Below the pieces are notes generated by a model. It did no database searches, was not told the DNA's origin, and saw only the letters and a list, made by a program, of their open reading frames with translations. Positions 40,181 through 52,730 of a stretch of 64,000 bases of DNA are shown one piece after another; within the stretch, counting starts at the first letter, position 1, and each line of letters starts with the position of its first letter. The DNA is from Alcanivorax sp. (GTDB taxonomy: Bacteria; Pseudomonadota; Gammaproteobacteria; Pseudomonadales; Alcanivoracaceae). The DNA is taken from positions 18,970-82,969 of the forward strand of contig NZ_JBEDTY010000039.1 of NCBI RefSeq assembly GCF_040119285.1, given 5' to 3'. The position numbers and the translations under genes were made by a program.

Positions 40181-40717
40181 CTACCACATCAAATCGTCGG
40201 GAATCGGGAAGTCTTTGTAGGGATCATCTTCGTCCGCCGCTTCAGTGCCACGCTCATTGAGCAACAACACCGCAGCTGCGTCCCGTTGGCGAATTTTTTC
40301 CGCTACCACTGTGGGCACCAACTCGAAGCTCTCACCTAAGGCGACAATGGCGATCTGTCCTCGTTCCAACTGTTTCTGCTGTTTACCAGTTACGTAGGCT
40401 TTTTTGATCTTCTTGTCCTGCACGAACTGGAAGGCGACCTCGCCATTCCGCTCTAGCCGACTTTGCTCGATCATCTGCTTGATCTGTGCGGCAATTTCTT
40501 TCTTTTCACGCTCGGCCTTACGCTGGGCTTCGCGCTGGCGATCTGCCTCGGCCTTTTCCTCTCGCAGTCGACGGGCACGATCCGCCGGATCTTCCATCTC
40601 AATTTCGCCGCGCTTGGCTTTGTTCACATCCTCACGTTTCTGCTGCTTGGCCTTGCGGGCTTTTTTCTCGTCCGCCAGCCCCGCTTTCATTAATTGCTTC
40701 TGCAGTGAATTCGCCAT
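40181..40717 (-). CDS. DUF2058 (YaiL-like) protein
   Basis: ORF trimmed to ATG 40717 (MANSLQKQLMKAGLADEKKARKAKQQKRE...). Has a highly charged Lys/Glu-rich centre and a conserved C-terminal domain. Confidence 0.75.
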   Translation of the reverse strand: MANSLQKQLMKAGLADEKKARKAKQQKREDVNKAKRGEIEMEDPADRARRLREEKAEADRQREAQRKAEREKKEIAAQIKQMIEQSRLERNGEVAFQFVQDKKIKKAYVTGKQQKQLERGQIAIVALGESFELVPTVVAEKIRQRDAAAVLLLNERGTEAADEDDPYKDFPIPDDLMW

Positions 40718-40777
40718 GATGCTCTCTCTTTCTCCATAAAAAATGCCCCTTAACAAATAAGGGCTTTCAACAGACGA

Positions 40778-41302
40778 TTAACGCTGGCTCAGCGGTGAGG
40801 CCGGGGCCTTGCCCAGCAGCGGCTGAGCGCGATGAAAACGCACATCATAATCGGGCTGCCAAGGAAACACGCCTTTCGGGTCTGGCCAGACCATCTGCAA
40901 CGCCGGATACGGCGCCGGCAAACTCTGGTAGAACCAGTTAGCGAAGCCCAGGTATTCCTTGTAGTGCGGAAAGGCCACCGGCAAGAACATCACTTCAAGG
41001 CCATCGGCAATATCGTTATACAGACGGTACGGCTGATAGGGCTTTTTCAGCCCACGGATGCGTACCGCAGCGCTATCCAGCAACTTGCTGGCCAGTGCAT
41101 CCTTCAGCCCGACCACAATCAATTCCGGGTGATCCAGATTGAGAAAGTGGCCCACACTGAACGTATAACCGGGCAGGCCATCGCCGCCGGAGACAGCAAA
41201 ATGGTGCCAGCCCTTGCGTTGGATGTCCGCCAGCAACGTTTTGTCTTCAGCATCTTCCGGCTGCGGGTAACGAAATTTGCCGGGCATTTCATCAAGGAAC
41301 AT
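40778..41302 (-). CDS. DUF4262-like protein
   Basis: 174 aa. The core GWHHFAVSGGDGLPGYTFSVGHFLNLDHPELIVVGL resembles DUF4262 (from memory). Confidence 0.55.
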   Translation of the reverse strand: MFLDEMPGKFRYPQPEDAEDKTLLADIQRKGWHHFAVSGGDGLPGYTFSVGHFLNLDHPELIVVGLKDALASKLLDSAAVRIRGLKKPYQPYRLYNDIADGLEVMFLPVAFPHYKEYLGFANWFYQSLPAPYPALQMVWPDPKGVFPWQPDYDVRFHRAQPLLGKAPASPLSQR

Positions 41303-41450
41303 AGGGTCATCATCGGTTCAGGCAGTGCCCTGAGGCACTGGCAAGCAGTTAACGCAGTGTGGTCGTAATGATAACAGACTCCGCCTTCACTTGGTGCCAC
41401 CCTCCGTACCTGCAATACTGGAGCAAATTCAGAACAATGAGGAACGTCCC

Positions 41451-42194
41451 ATGAAACATGCCGGCTTGTTGGTTACCGCGCTACTGACTACCGCCTCCTT
41501 CGCCCATGCCGCCCCCGGGCTAACCATTTATGGCGGGGGATACACTTGGGATACCGAGCTGGAAGGCGATGTGGCTTCCGGCGGAGCCAACATCGATATG
41601 CAGGATGAACTGGGCTTCGATGAAACCGATCAAAACGTACTCTATCTGGGGGTGGAACATGTTGTGCCGCAGCTGCCCAACGTTCGCCTGCGCTATATTG
41701 ATCTGTCTGACAGCGCCAGCAATATCATCAGCAACAACTTTGAATTCAACGGACAAACGTTTGTTGCCAATACTCGGGTAGCCACTGATTTCGATCTGGA
41801 AATGATAGACGGAACTTTCTATTACAGCCCTCTCAACAACGCTATTAAGGTCGACCTTGGTCTCACCGTACGGCGCATGGACGGCGATCTTCGGCTCGAT
41901 GGCCCAACCGAAGGCACCAGCCTGAGCATCAATGAAACCTTACCCATGCTCCATGGCGGTGTCCGGGCGGAGCTGCCCCTTTCCGGCCTGTATGTGGGCG
42001 GGGAAGTAAACGCCATTGCCTATGATGGCAACAGAATGAACGACTATAACGCCCGGGTAGGCTGGCGCTCGGATTATCTGTTAGGGCTGGAGCTGGGGTA
42101 CAGCCGCATGAACATCGTGCTCGATGACGTGGATGATCTGGATACCGACCTGGATATTGGCGGGCCCTACCTTGCCATTTCACTGAGTTTCTAA
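41451..42194 (+). CDS. outer-membrane beta-barrel protein (TIGR04219 / OMP_w_GlyGly-like)
   Basis: ORF trimmed to ATG 41451 (GAGGA 7 nt upstream). Has signal peptide MKHAGLLVTALLTTASFAHA, an IYGGGY motif, alternating beta pattern and a terminal ...ISLSF. Confidence 0.6.
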   Translation: MKHAGLLVTALLTTASFAHAAPGLTIYGGGYTWDTELEGDVASGGANIDMQDELGFDETDQNVLYLGVEHVVPQLPNVRLRYIDLSDSASNIISNNFEFNGQTFVANTRVATDFDLEMIDGTFYYSPLNNAIKVDLGLTVRRMDGDLRLDGPTEGTSLSINETLPMLHGGVRAELPLSGLYVGGEVNAIAYDGNRMNDYNARVGWRSDYLLGLELGYSRMNIVLDDVDDLDTDLDIGGPYLAISLSF

Positions 42195-42344
42195 ACCGTT
42201 AGCGGACCACGCCCGGGGCCTGAGCGGCCCTTGGCGTGCAAGCCGAATAAGACCTAGCATAACCGGACTGACAGCCGGCAGCACCGACAGGAAGGCAAGC
42301 CATTGGCTTATAGCTAAGCGCCCTACGGGTGCGGCCGCCCGTCG

Positions 42345-43244
42345 TTACTGAGTGGCGTGAAACTCGCGACGAATCGAGTCGATGCGGGCATCCTTTTGTT
42401 GCCAGAGTTCGCTTACCCACTGCTGAATTTCTTCACGAAATACCGGATCTTCCTGGTAATCACTGCGCCACAGGCGCGGTTCTAACCGGCAGGTTCGCAC
42501 ATCCACGATCACCCTTTCCACCTTGCCGCTGAGCAAATCCCAGAAACCCTTCGTCTCGCCTTCCGGGTACACTACCGTCACATCCAGCAGCGCATCCAGG
42601 TTATCGCCCAGTGCAGCCAACACAAACGCCACCCCACCCGCCTTTGGCTTGAGCAAATTACGATAAGGGGACTGCTGTGCCGCATGTTTGGCTGCGGTAA
42701 ACCGGGTGCCTTCCAGGAAATTTACAACGGTAACCGGGATACCCTGGAACTTCTCACAAGCTCGACGGGTAATCTCCAAATCTTTCCCTTTCAACGCCGG
42801 ATTCTTTTGCAGGAACGCTTTGCTGTAACGCTTCATGAACGGATAATCCAGCGCCCAGAAGGCCAGCCCCAAGAACGGCACCCAGATCAGCTCTTTTTTC
42901 AGGAAAAATTTAAAATACGGGGTCTTGCGATTGAAGGTCTGCAATAGCGCCGGAATATCCACCCAGGATTGATGGTTGCTGACCACCAAGTAAGAGGTAT
43001 CCTTGCGCAATGCCTCGACTCCACGGATATCCCACTGGGTTGGCGTGAGCAGCGCAAAAATACCCTTACAAATCTCCGCCCAGCTTTCCGCAATCCACAT
43101 GACCGTAGCTGAACAGACACGTTTTGCTGCAACACCAGGCAGCACCAGCTTGAACAGTGCCACCAACAACATCGGGCCAATCAAAATCACTGTGTTGAGA
43201 AATAACAGAACAATGGCAAGGATTCCCGTCAGCATGTTGTGCAA
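42345..43244 (-). CDS. lysophospholipid / 1-acyl-sn-glycerol-3-phosphate acyltransferase family protein
   Basis: 299 aa with an N-terminal TM helix, the H(X)4D motif NHQSWVD, and FLEGTR. Confidence 0.8.
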   Translation of the reverse strand: MHNMLTGILAIVLLFLNTVILIGPMLLVALFKLVLPGVAAKRVCSATVMWIAESWAEICKGIFALLTPTQWDIRGVEALRKDTSYLVVSNHQSWVDIPALLQTFNRKTPYFKFFLKKELIWVPFLGLAFWALDYPFMKRYSKAFLQKNPALKGKDLEITRRACEKFQGIPVTVVNFLEGTRFTAAKHAAQQSPYRNLLKPKAGGVAFVLAALGDNLDALLDVTVVYPEGETKGFWDLLSGKVERVIVDVRTCRLEPRLWRSDYQEDPVFREEIQQWVSELWQQKDARIDSIRREFHATQ

Positions 43245-43398
43245 ACCTCGTTAATACGATTATTCTCTATCCACTCGCGCTAAATTGCCCCGGCGAACCT
43301 TTTACTCTCAAGGGAGCGCTCGCCGCAGCAGCATACCTTGTGCACACCGAAAAAAGGCCGGCCACATTTCCGACCTTATCCCGTCTACACCCGCACGA

Positions 43399-45636
43399 TC
43401 AGCCCTTACGCTCCACGGCCATGGCATCCACATTCTGGAAACCACGGGGCAGCTTCGCGCCACGGCGTCCCCGCTCACCATAGTAGTGTTCCAGATCATT
43501 GGCTTTCAGGGTCAGGTGGCGCTTACCCGCATAGAGGGTCAACGCGTCATTCGGCCCCACCACTTGAACATCCTGTACGAACTCCACCCGATCCGCCACA
43601 CGGGCGCCGGGAATCGACATCATCTTGTTGCCCTTACCGCGGACCATTTCCGGCAACTCGCTTACCGGGAACACCAGCAAACGGCCTTCGTTTGACACCA
43701 GTGCAATCAAATCATCTATAGTTGAGGCAATCGGTTGTGGCGGCAATACACGCGCGCCTTTAGGCACATTAAGTACCGTCTTGCCGGCTTTCTTGTTGGC
43801 CAACAAATCCGCATAACGCACCACGAAACCGTAACCTGCATCGGTGCTCATCAGGTACGCGTCCTTGTCCTTACCCATCACTGCTGCCACAAAGCTGGCA
43901 CCGGAGGGTGGGCTCACTCGGCCAGACAGTGGCTCGCCCTGCCCCCGCGCACTGGGTAGAGTATGTGCGGGCAAAGAATAGGTTCGCCCAGTGCTGTCGA
44001 TAAAGCACACCGACTGGTTAGATTTACCTTTGGCGCAAGCCTTGTACTTATCACCGGCCTTGTAACTCAGTCCTTCCACATCCACTTCATGGCCTTTAGC
44101 GGCTCGCACCCAGCCTTTTTCCGAGAGCACTACCGTTATCGGATCGGCACTGAGCAGATCGCTTTCATCCAAGGCCCTGGCGTCCTCACGTTCCACCAAT
44201 GGAGAGCGACGGTCATCGCCGTAATTCTCGGCGTCATCCTTCAATTCCTTGGCGACCAGCTTCTTCATTTTAGCCATGGAACCCAGGGTGGTTTCCAAGT
44301 ATTCGCGTTCTTCGTTGAGCTCATCCTGCTCACCGCGAATTTTCATTTCTTCCAGTTTCGCCAGGTGGCGCAGCTTCAATTCCAGAATTGCTTCTGCCTG
44401 GCGATCACTGACGCCAAAGCGCTCCATCAATACCGGCTTTGGCGCATCCTCGGTACGGATGATATGAATCACTTCATCAATATTCAGGAACGCCACCAGA
44501 AGACCTTCCAAAAGGTGCAGGCGTTCCAGTACTTTATCAAGGCGGTATTGCAGCCGGCGACGCACCGTCACCATGCGGAACTGCAGCCATTCGTTGAGAA
44601 TCATGTCCAGGCTTTTCACCTGAGGTCGGCCATCGATGCCGATCATGTTCAGATTAACCCGGTAGTTTTTCTCCAGGTCAGTGCTGGCAAAAAGGTGACT
44701 CATCAACTGTTCCACATCCACTCGATTAGAGCGCGGCGTGATCACCAGTCGGGTGGGGTTTTCGTGGTCGGATTCATCACGCAGATCGCTGACCATGGGC
44801 AGTTTTTTCTTGTTCATCTGGTCGGCAATTTGCTCCAGCACCTTGGCGCCAGACACCTGATACGGCAGCGCCGTCACCACAATATCACCCTCTTCACGCT
44901 CATACACCGCGCGCTGCTTGAGAGAGCCTTTGCCCTCTGCATACATACGAATGATGTCGTTGATTGGGGTGATCACTTCTGCTTCGGTGGGAAAATCCGG
45001 ACCCTGAATATATTGCATCAAATCATCCAGCGAGGCGCCGGGATCTTTCAGCAAATGGATACAGGCATTGGCCACTTCGCGCAGATTATGCGGTGGAATA
45101 TCGGTGCTCATGCCCACCGCGATACCCGTAGTGCCATTGAGTAACACATTGGGCAAGCGGGCCGGCAGCAATTTGGGCTCATCCATGGTGCCATCAAAAT
45201 TAGGCAGCCACTCCACCGTCCCCTGCCCCAACTCGGACAACAGCACTTCCGCATACGGTGCCAATTTGGACTCGGTATAACGCATGGCAGCAAAGGATTT
45301 TGGATCGTCTGCGCTGCCCCAATTACCCTGGCCATCCACCAGCGGATAGCGATAGCTGAACGGCTGGGCCATCAACACCATGGCTTCGTAACAGGCCGAA
45401 TCACCATGGGGATGATACTTACCCAGTACATCACCCACGGTACGGGCGGATTTTTTGTATTTGGCCGTATTTTTAAGGCCCAGCTCGCTCATGGCGTAAA
45501 CGATGCGCCGCTGCACCGGCTTCAGACCATCGCCAATATTGGGCAAAGCCCGATCCAGAATCACGTACATGGAATAATCCAGATACGCTTTTTCGGTGTA
45601 TTCCTTTAACGGAAAACTTTCAAATTCGTCAGCCAT
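43399..45636 (-). CDS. parC: DNA topoisomerase IV subunit A
   Basis: 745 aa with a GyrA/ParC N-domain carrying the catalytic Tyr region FAAMRYTE. Lacks a GyrA box and sits next to parE. Confidence 0.93.
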   Translation of the reverse strand: MADEFESFPLKEYTEKAYLDYSMYVILDRALPNIGDGLKPVQRRIVYAMSELGLKNTAKYKKSARTVGDVLGKYHPHGDSACYEAMVLMAQPFSYRYPLVDGQGNWGSADDPKSFAAMRYTESKLAPYAEVLLSELGQGTVEWLPNFDGTMDEPKLLPARLPNVLLNGTTGIAVGMSTDIPPHNLREVANACIHLLKDPGASLDDLMQYIQGPDFPTEAEVITPINDIIRMYAEGKGSLKQRAVYEREEGDIVVTALPYQVSGAKVLEQIADQMNKKKLPMVSDLRDESDHENPTRLVITPRSNRVDVEQLMSHLFASTDLEKNYRVNLNMIGIDGRPQVKSLDMILNEWLQFRMVTVRRRLQYRLDKVLERLHLLEGLLVAFLNIDEVIHIIRTEDAPKPVLMERFGVSDRQAEAILELKLRHLAKLEEMKIRGEQDELNEEREYLETTLGSMAKMKKLVAKELKDDAENYGDDRRSPLVEREDARALDESDLLSADPITVVLSEKGWVRAAKGHEVDVEGLSYKAGDKYKACAKGKSNQSVCFIDSTGRTYSLPAHTLPSARGQGEPLSGRVSPPSGASFVAAVMGKDKDAYLMSTDAGYGFVVRYADLLANKKAGKTVLNVPKGARVLPPQPIASTIDDLIALVSNEGRLLVFPVSELPEMVRGKGNKMMSIPGARVADRVEFVQDVQVVGPNDALTLYAGKRHLTLKANDLEHYYGERGRRGAKLPRGFQNVDAMAVERKG

Positions 45637-45841
45637 TTTTGCTCGCTATACTCGCCGGCCTGCACGCCAATATGCGTCACGCAACACATTTTCTGCATTG
45701 CAGTTCTGCAATCAACGCAGCACGTCAGCAACTCTGTTTTTAAGTTCCAATCCATCTAAAAGCCAACACAACACTTATGCTTACATCTTTCAGCACATGC
45801 CGTCTTAGCGCGACGGCGTGAAGCGTGTCGCATGTCAGCGT

Positions 45842-47728
45842 CTATATTTCTGCCAGGTTGCCTTTCTCTTCCAGCCAGATCTTGCGATCAGAGGCCCGTT
45901 TTTTACTTAGCAGCATGTCCATCAGCTGGTGGGTGCCGTCGTCGGTGGACACATCCAAACGCACCAGCCGGCGGGTATCTCGGGCCATGGTGGTTTCGCG
46001 CAATTGCAGCGGGTTCATTTCACCCAACCCTTTAAAACGGGTTACGTTCACCTTGCCGCGTTTTTTCTCCGCCTTGATACGGTCCAGCACGCCATCACGC
46101 TCCTGCTTGTCCAGGGCGTAATAGACTTCCTTGCCCACGTCGATGCGGTACAACGGCGGCATGGCCACAAACACATGCCCGTGTTTTACCAGCGCCGGGA
46201 AGTGCCTGAGGAATAAGGCACAGATCAACGTGGCAATGTGCAAACCATCGGAGTCCGCATCCGCAAGGATACACACCTTGCCGTAACGCAGGCTGCTGAG
46301 ATCATCACTGCCCGGCTCGATGCCAAGCGCCACCGCGATATCGTGAATTTCCTGACTACCCAAGACCTCGTTGGAATCCACTTCCCAGGTATTCATGATC
46401 TTGCCGCGCAGCGGCATGATCGCCTGATAAACCCGGTCTCGGGCCTGCTTGGCACTGCCACCCGCCGAATCCCCTTCCACCAGGAAAATCTCGCTCTGGG
46501 AAGGGTCATCACTGGTGCAGTCCGCCAGTTTGCCGGGCAAAGCCGGGCCACTGGTGACTTTTTTTCGGGTGACTTTTTTGGCGGCCCGCAGTCGCTTCTG
46601 GGCATTATTGATACACAGGTCCGCCAGCTTCTCGGCTTCATCGGTGTGTTGGTTAAGCCACAGCGAGAAGGCGTCTTTTACCACCCCGGAAACAAACGCC
46701 GCGGTCTGGCGGGAGCTCAACCGTTCTTTGGTTTGCCCGGCGAATTGCGGGTCCTGCATTTTCACGCTGAGCACGAAAGCCGCCCGGTCCCAAATATCCT
46801 CCGGGGTCAGCTTAACGCCACGAGGCAGCAAATTCCGGAATTCACAGAACTCTCGCATGGCCTCCAGCAAACCGGAACGCAGCCCGTTCACATGGGTGCC
46901 GCCCTGGGCCGTAGGGATCAGGTTTACATAGGCTTCCTGAACCAGTTCGCCGCCTTCGGGCAGCCAGGTGACAGCCCAATCCACCGCTTCAGTTTCCGCG
47001 CTCATGGCACCGTTAAACGGCTCCGCAGGGACCCGCTCCCACCCGGTACTGGATTCCAGTAGATATTCAATCAGGCCATCATCAAACTGCCAGGTATCGC
47101 TCTCACCGGTTTGCTGATTATCCAGCGTCACCAGCAAGCCGGGGCAGAGAACCGCCTTGGCCCTCAGCAAATGTTTGAGACGGCTCACCGATATTTTCGG
47201 CGAGTCGAAATACTGACTGTCTGGCCAGAAACGCAAGATGGTGCCGGTGTTGCGCTTGCCAACCGTATCGATCACTTCCAGATCACTGCGTTTCTCGCCG
47301 TCGCCGAACTCCATGCGGTGCAGTTGACCATCGCGCTTGACCAGAATTTCCAGCTTGGTGGACAAGGCGTTGACCACCGACACACCTACGCCGTGCAGGC
47401 CGCCACTAAACTGGTAGTTGTTATTGGAGAACTTACCCCCGGAGTGGAGGGTGGACAGAATCACTTCCACGCCGGGCTTTTTCTGTACCGGATGCATATC
47501 CACAGGCATGCCGCGACCATCATCTTCGACTTCCACGCCGCCGTCCTTGAATAGGGTGACTTTGATCGACTTGGCGTGGCCTGCCAGCGCTTCATCCACC
47601 GAGTTATCGATCACTTCCTGGACGAGGTGGTTGGGGCGCGAAGTATCGGTGTACATGCCCGGGCGCTTACGCACCGGGTCCAAGCCCGACAACACTTCAA
47701 TATTTTCGGACGTATAATTATTGGTCAT
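45842..47728 (-). CDS. parE: DNA topoisomerase IV subunit B
   Basis: 628 aa with GHKL ATPase motifs DNSVDEA and GGLHGVG, the Toprim motif EIFLVEGDSAGGSAKQ, and PLRGKI. Confidence 0.95.
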   Translation of the reverse strand: MTNNYTSENIEVLSGLDPVRKRPGMYTDTSRPNHLVQEVIDNSVDEALAGHAKSIKVTLFKDGGVEVEDDGRGMPVDMHPVQKKPGVEVILSTLHSGGKFSNNNYQFSGGLHGVGVSVVNALSTKLEILVKRDGQLHRMEFGDGEKRSDLEVIDTVGKRNTGTILRFWPDSQYFDSPKISVSRLKHLLRAKAVLCPGLLVTLDNQQTGESDTWQFDDGLIEYLLESSTGWERVPAEPFNGAMSAETEAVDWAVTWLPEGGELVQEAYVNLIPTAQGGTHVNGLRSGLLEAMREFCEFRNLLPRGVKLTPEDIWDRAAFVLSVKMQDPQFAGQTKERLSSRQTAAFVSGVVKDAFSLWLNQHTDEAEKLADLCINNAQKRLRAAKKVTRKKVTSGPALPGKLADCTSDDPSQSEIFLVEGDSAGGSAKQARDRVYQAIMPLRGKIMNTWEVDSNEVLGSQEIHDIAVALGIEPGSDDLSSLRYGKVCILADADSDGLHIATLICALFLRHFPALVKHGHVFVAMPPLYRIDVGKEVYYALDKQERDGVLDRIKAEKKRGKVNVTRFKGLGEMNPLQLRETTMARDTRRLVRLDVSTDDGTHQLMDMLLSKKRASDRKIWLEEKGNLAEI

Positions 47729-47809
47729 AGATTTTCCAGCAGCGCCTAACGCAGTGCGCCAGAGACCGGACGCAGGCTATAGCGCATATCCAGCCTCTGG
47801 CGCCGGGTA

Positions 47810-48400
47810 TCAAACGTGTATTTCAATCCCACAAAACCGCAGCATCAGCGGAATGAAGGCGTCAAAGTTATCAAAGCCGTGGCTGCCACCCAAGCCACAA
47901 TAGCGGTGACAGTCGCCGTAATAATCCCAGCCATCCTCCCAGTCCAGGGTTTCGTCGCCGGTTTGGGTTAGCAGCAACAGGTTTTCCGGTTGGGTGATCT
48001 CTGCCACCTCATACCGGCGCAACTGCTCCAACCAGGCCGGGTCGAACTGATAGGCCTCACCAGTGTGGTAGTTATGCTGGATACCTGTGTATTTGTCCAG
48101 TAGTCGCCACGGTCTTACCGCAGGATTTACGATTGCGGCCTTCAAATCATGATGTTCCGCCAGCCAGGTGGCGTAGAATCCGCCCAACGACGATCCCAAT
48201 AGGGCCACCGGGCCGGCCCCGGCAATGGCTGCATCCAGTTCCGCCATGGCCTGCACCGGTGAAGGCGGCAACGTGGGCACGATCAACCGTTCCGGGCAAC
48301 CCGCATGCTCAAACACCGACCGCAACAACCCGGCTTTATGGGATGCCGGTGAGCTGTTGAAACCGTGGATATAAATAAGAGACGTTTCGGGAACCGGCAT
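47810..48400 (-). CDS. yqiA: YqiA-type esterase (alpha/beta hydrolase)
   Basis: ORF trimmed to ATG 48400 (AGGA 6 nt upstream). Motifs LIYIHGFNSSPASHKA and nucleophile elbow GSSLGG. Confidence 0.82.
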   Translation of the reverse strand: MPVPETSLIYIHGFNSSPASHKAGLLRSVFEHAGCPERLIVPTLPPSPVQAMAELDAAIAGAGPVALLGSSLGGFYATWLAEHHDLKAAIVNPAVRPWRLLDKYTGIQHNYHTGEAYQFDPAWLEQLRRYEVAEITQPENLLLLTQTGDETLDWEDGWDYYGDCHRYCGLGGSHGFDNFDAFIPLMLRFCGIEIHV

Positions 48401-48592
48401 GATTTTTCCTGATGACTGCATTATCCGGAAGTGTGCCGGGATGAGGAGGAGTTGCAAGGTCAAAATTGCAAAGCGCGAGCTTGACCTTCAAACGCATCTC
48501 TTGAGTACCCGCAGTTCAGCCCCCCGGCAACGCGAAGACATGACCGATAAATGGTCTGTCCTAAGCCCGCGTTTCAACTTTCAACGTTAAAC

Positions 48593-49399
48593 TCAATACC
48601 CTTTGACCGTGAAATCCACCTCGAAGGTGATCCCTTCCACCCGACTAACGCCCGTATCAATACGCCCATCCGGGTGCAAATCCAGCCAGCGATAACCCGG
48701 GTTGGCATCATCTACTGCGAAGTCTTCGCTTTTCGGTTTGAACTGCACGCAAGTACTGGGCACTGCCATCATTCGCACGCCATTACGATGCGCATCATAC
48801 TCTTGGTGCACATGGCCCCATATAATGGCGCGTATCCGTTCATGACGGTCAATGACCTCGAAGAATTTGTCAGCACTGCCCACCACCTGAGTATCCAGCC
48901 ACGTGCATTCCATTGGCACCGGGTGGTGATGCAAACACACCATTAGGTGATCTCCGGTGGCATTGCGCAGGGCGGACTCGAGGAATTTGAGATCTTCATC
49001 GAACAGATCACCAGGCACTTCACCGGGAATGGTGGAATCCAGCATCACGATGGTCCAGTTGCCCATATCCAGCACACAGGGGCTCATTTTTTCGCGGTGG
49101 GCATCCAGTGCCTGCAGCATCGGTGCCGGCTTGTCGTGATTTCCTTCCAGCCAATATACCGGCACATCGAACCCGGAAAGAGCGCACTCCAAGCGCTCGT
49201 AGGATTCGTAGGAGGCATCTTGGGACAAATCGCCGGTGGCCAAAATCAAATTCGGATTGGGTTGTTCCTTACGAATCAGCTCCAGCACCTTGTCCAGACT
49301 GAACTGGGTATTCAATCCCAGCAGCTTGCCTTGTGTATCGGCAAACAGATGGCAGTCTGACAACTGTACGACTCGAAGGGGCTGCAACTGCTGCGTCAA
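48593..49399 (-). CDS. cpdA: 3',5'-cyclic-AMP phosphodiesterase
   Basis: 268 aa with metallophosphoesterase motifs GDLSQD, GNHD and GHVH. Starts at TTG, preceded by AAGGAG. Confidence 0.85.
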   Translation of the reverse strand: MTQQLQPLRVVQLSDCHLFADTQGKLLGLNTQFSLDKVLELIRKEQPNPNLILATGDLSQDASYESYERLECALSGFDVPVYWLEGNHDKPAPMLQALDAHREKMSPCVLDMGNWTIVMLDSTIPGEVPGDLFDEDLKFLESALRNATGDHLMVCLHHHPVPMECTWLDTQVVGSADKFFEVIDRHERIRAIIWGHVHQEYDAHRNGVRMMAVPSTCVQFKPKSEDFAVDDANPGYRWLDLHPDGRIDTGVSRVEGITFEVDFTVKGY

Positions 49400-49538
49400 G
49401 TTCCCCGCTCCTTAACTGTTTAATAATGCCGTATACCCGCTGGCCGCCCCCCTGTACTCCCCAGCACCATGGAACAGCCCTGCGTCTCATTTATAACCAA
49501 GATGATGTCACTTTTCTAGGACACATGTCCAAGAGCAG

Positions 49539-49555
49539 GAATTGGTTACCAATTC
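49539..49555. promoter_or_regulatory. perfect 17-bp palindrome upstream of cpdA (candidate operator)
   Basis: GAATTGGT-T-ACCAATTC: 8-bp arms with a 1-nt centre, so it cannot form an RNA hairpin. Lies 140-156 nt upstream of the cpdA start, in a 209-bp gap. Confidence 0.3.
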
Positions 49556-49608
49556 TCCACAATAGAGCCACAAGGGAGGTTGTTTCTTGGCTAAAGGCGT
49601 GTCATCAC

Positions 49609-50063
49609 TCAGCTACCGGTCACCCGTTGCCGCCAAGCTTGGCCACTGTCGCGCCCGTGATCGTGGAGATGGCGAAGCCATTCTGCCAAAAAGCGGTTCC
49701 ACTGCACCTTCTCGTCCCGCTGGTGCATGTTCCGATTGGGGTAGGCATAACGGGCATTTACCCGCCGAAAAGGTCGCGCTTCGGTAACTTCAGCCAGCCG
49801 CGCATCATGGTACATGCGCACGGTAAGGCGGGACGCCGGCAGCGTAGCCAGCAGCTCCTGATCTTCCAGGCGCACCGTAGTGGTATAGGGGGAACGCTCC
49901 AGCACGCTCATCTGCAAAGTATGGGAATGGTGATCATGGCCCACTTCCACAGCCATGTGGTCACGCTCCCCCAGCGCCTTCATCAAGGGCAACAGCCGCG
50001 CATAGTTTTCCTCGCACTGAGTCATCAGCGCACGGAAATCCAGCTGGTAGCGGTCGCGGCGGC

Positions 50064-50067
<4 letters not shown>
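49609..50067 (-). CDS. yqiB: DUF1249 (YqiB-like) protein
   Basis: 152 aa. N-terminal ...FRALMTQCEENYARLLPLM is typical of DUF1249. Overlaps the nudF stop by 4 nt. Confidence 0.78.
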
Positions 50068-52611
<2,544 letters not shown>

Positions 52612-52730
52612 CTATACGCCAGCGCCCAACAGCCGAACAACCGCGGAACTGGCCCAAACAGGCGGTGTTAATTTTCTGTACTTGCCAGTACCATAATGAT
52701 TAACCAGACACACAAAAAGAGTGCACCAGA

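Noticed and set aside
43963-45144. 393-aa plus-strand ORF inside parC, and similarly 46238..47062 inside parE
   Set aside because: These are antisense shadow ORFs of clearly identified topoisomerase IV genes. They have no RBS context and a low-complexity His, Gln and Phe-rich product.
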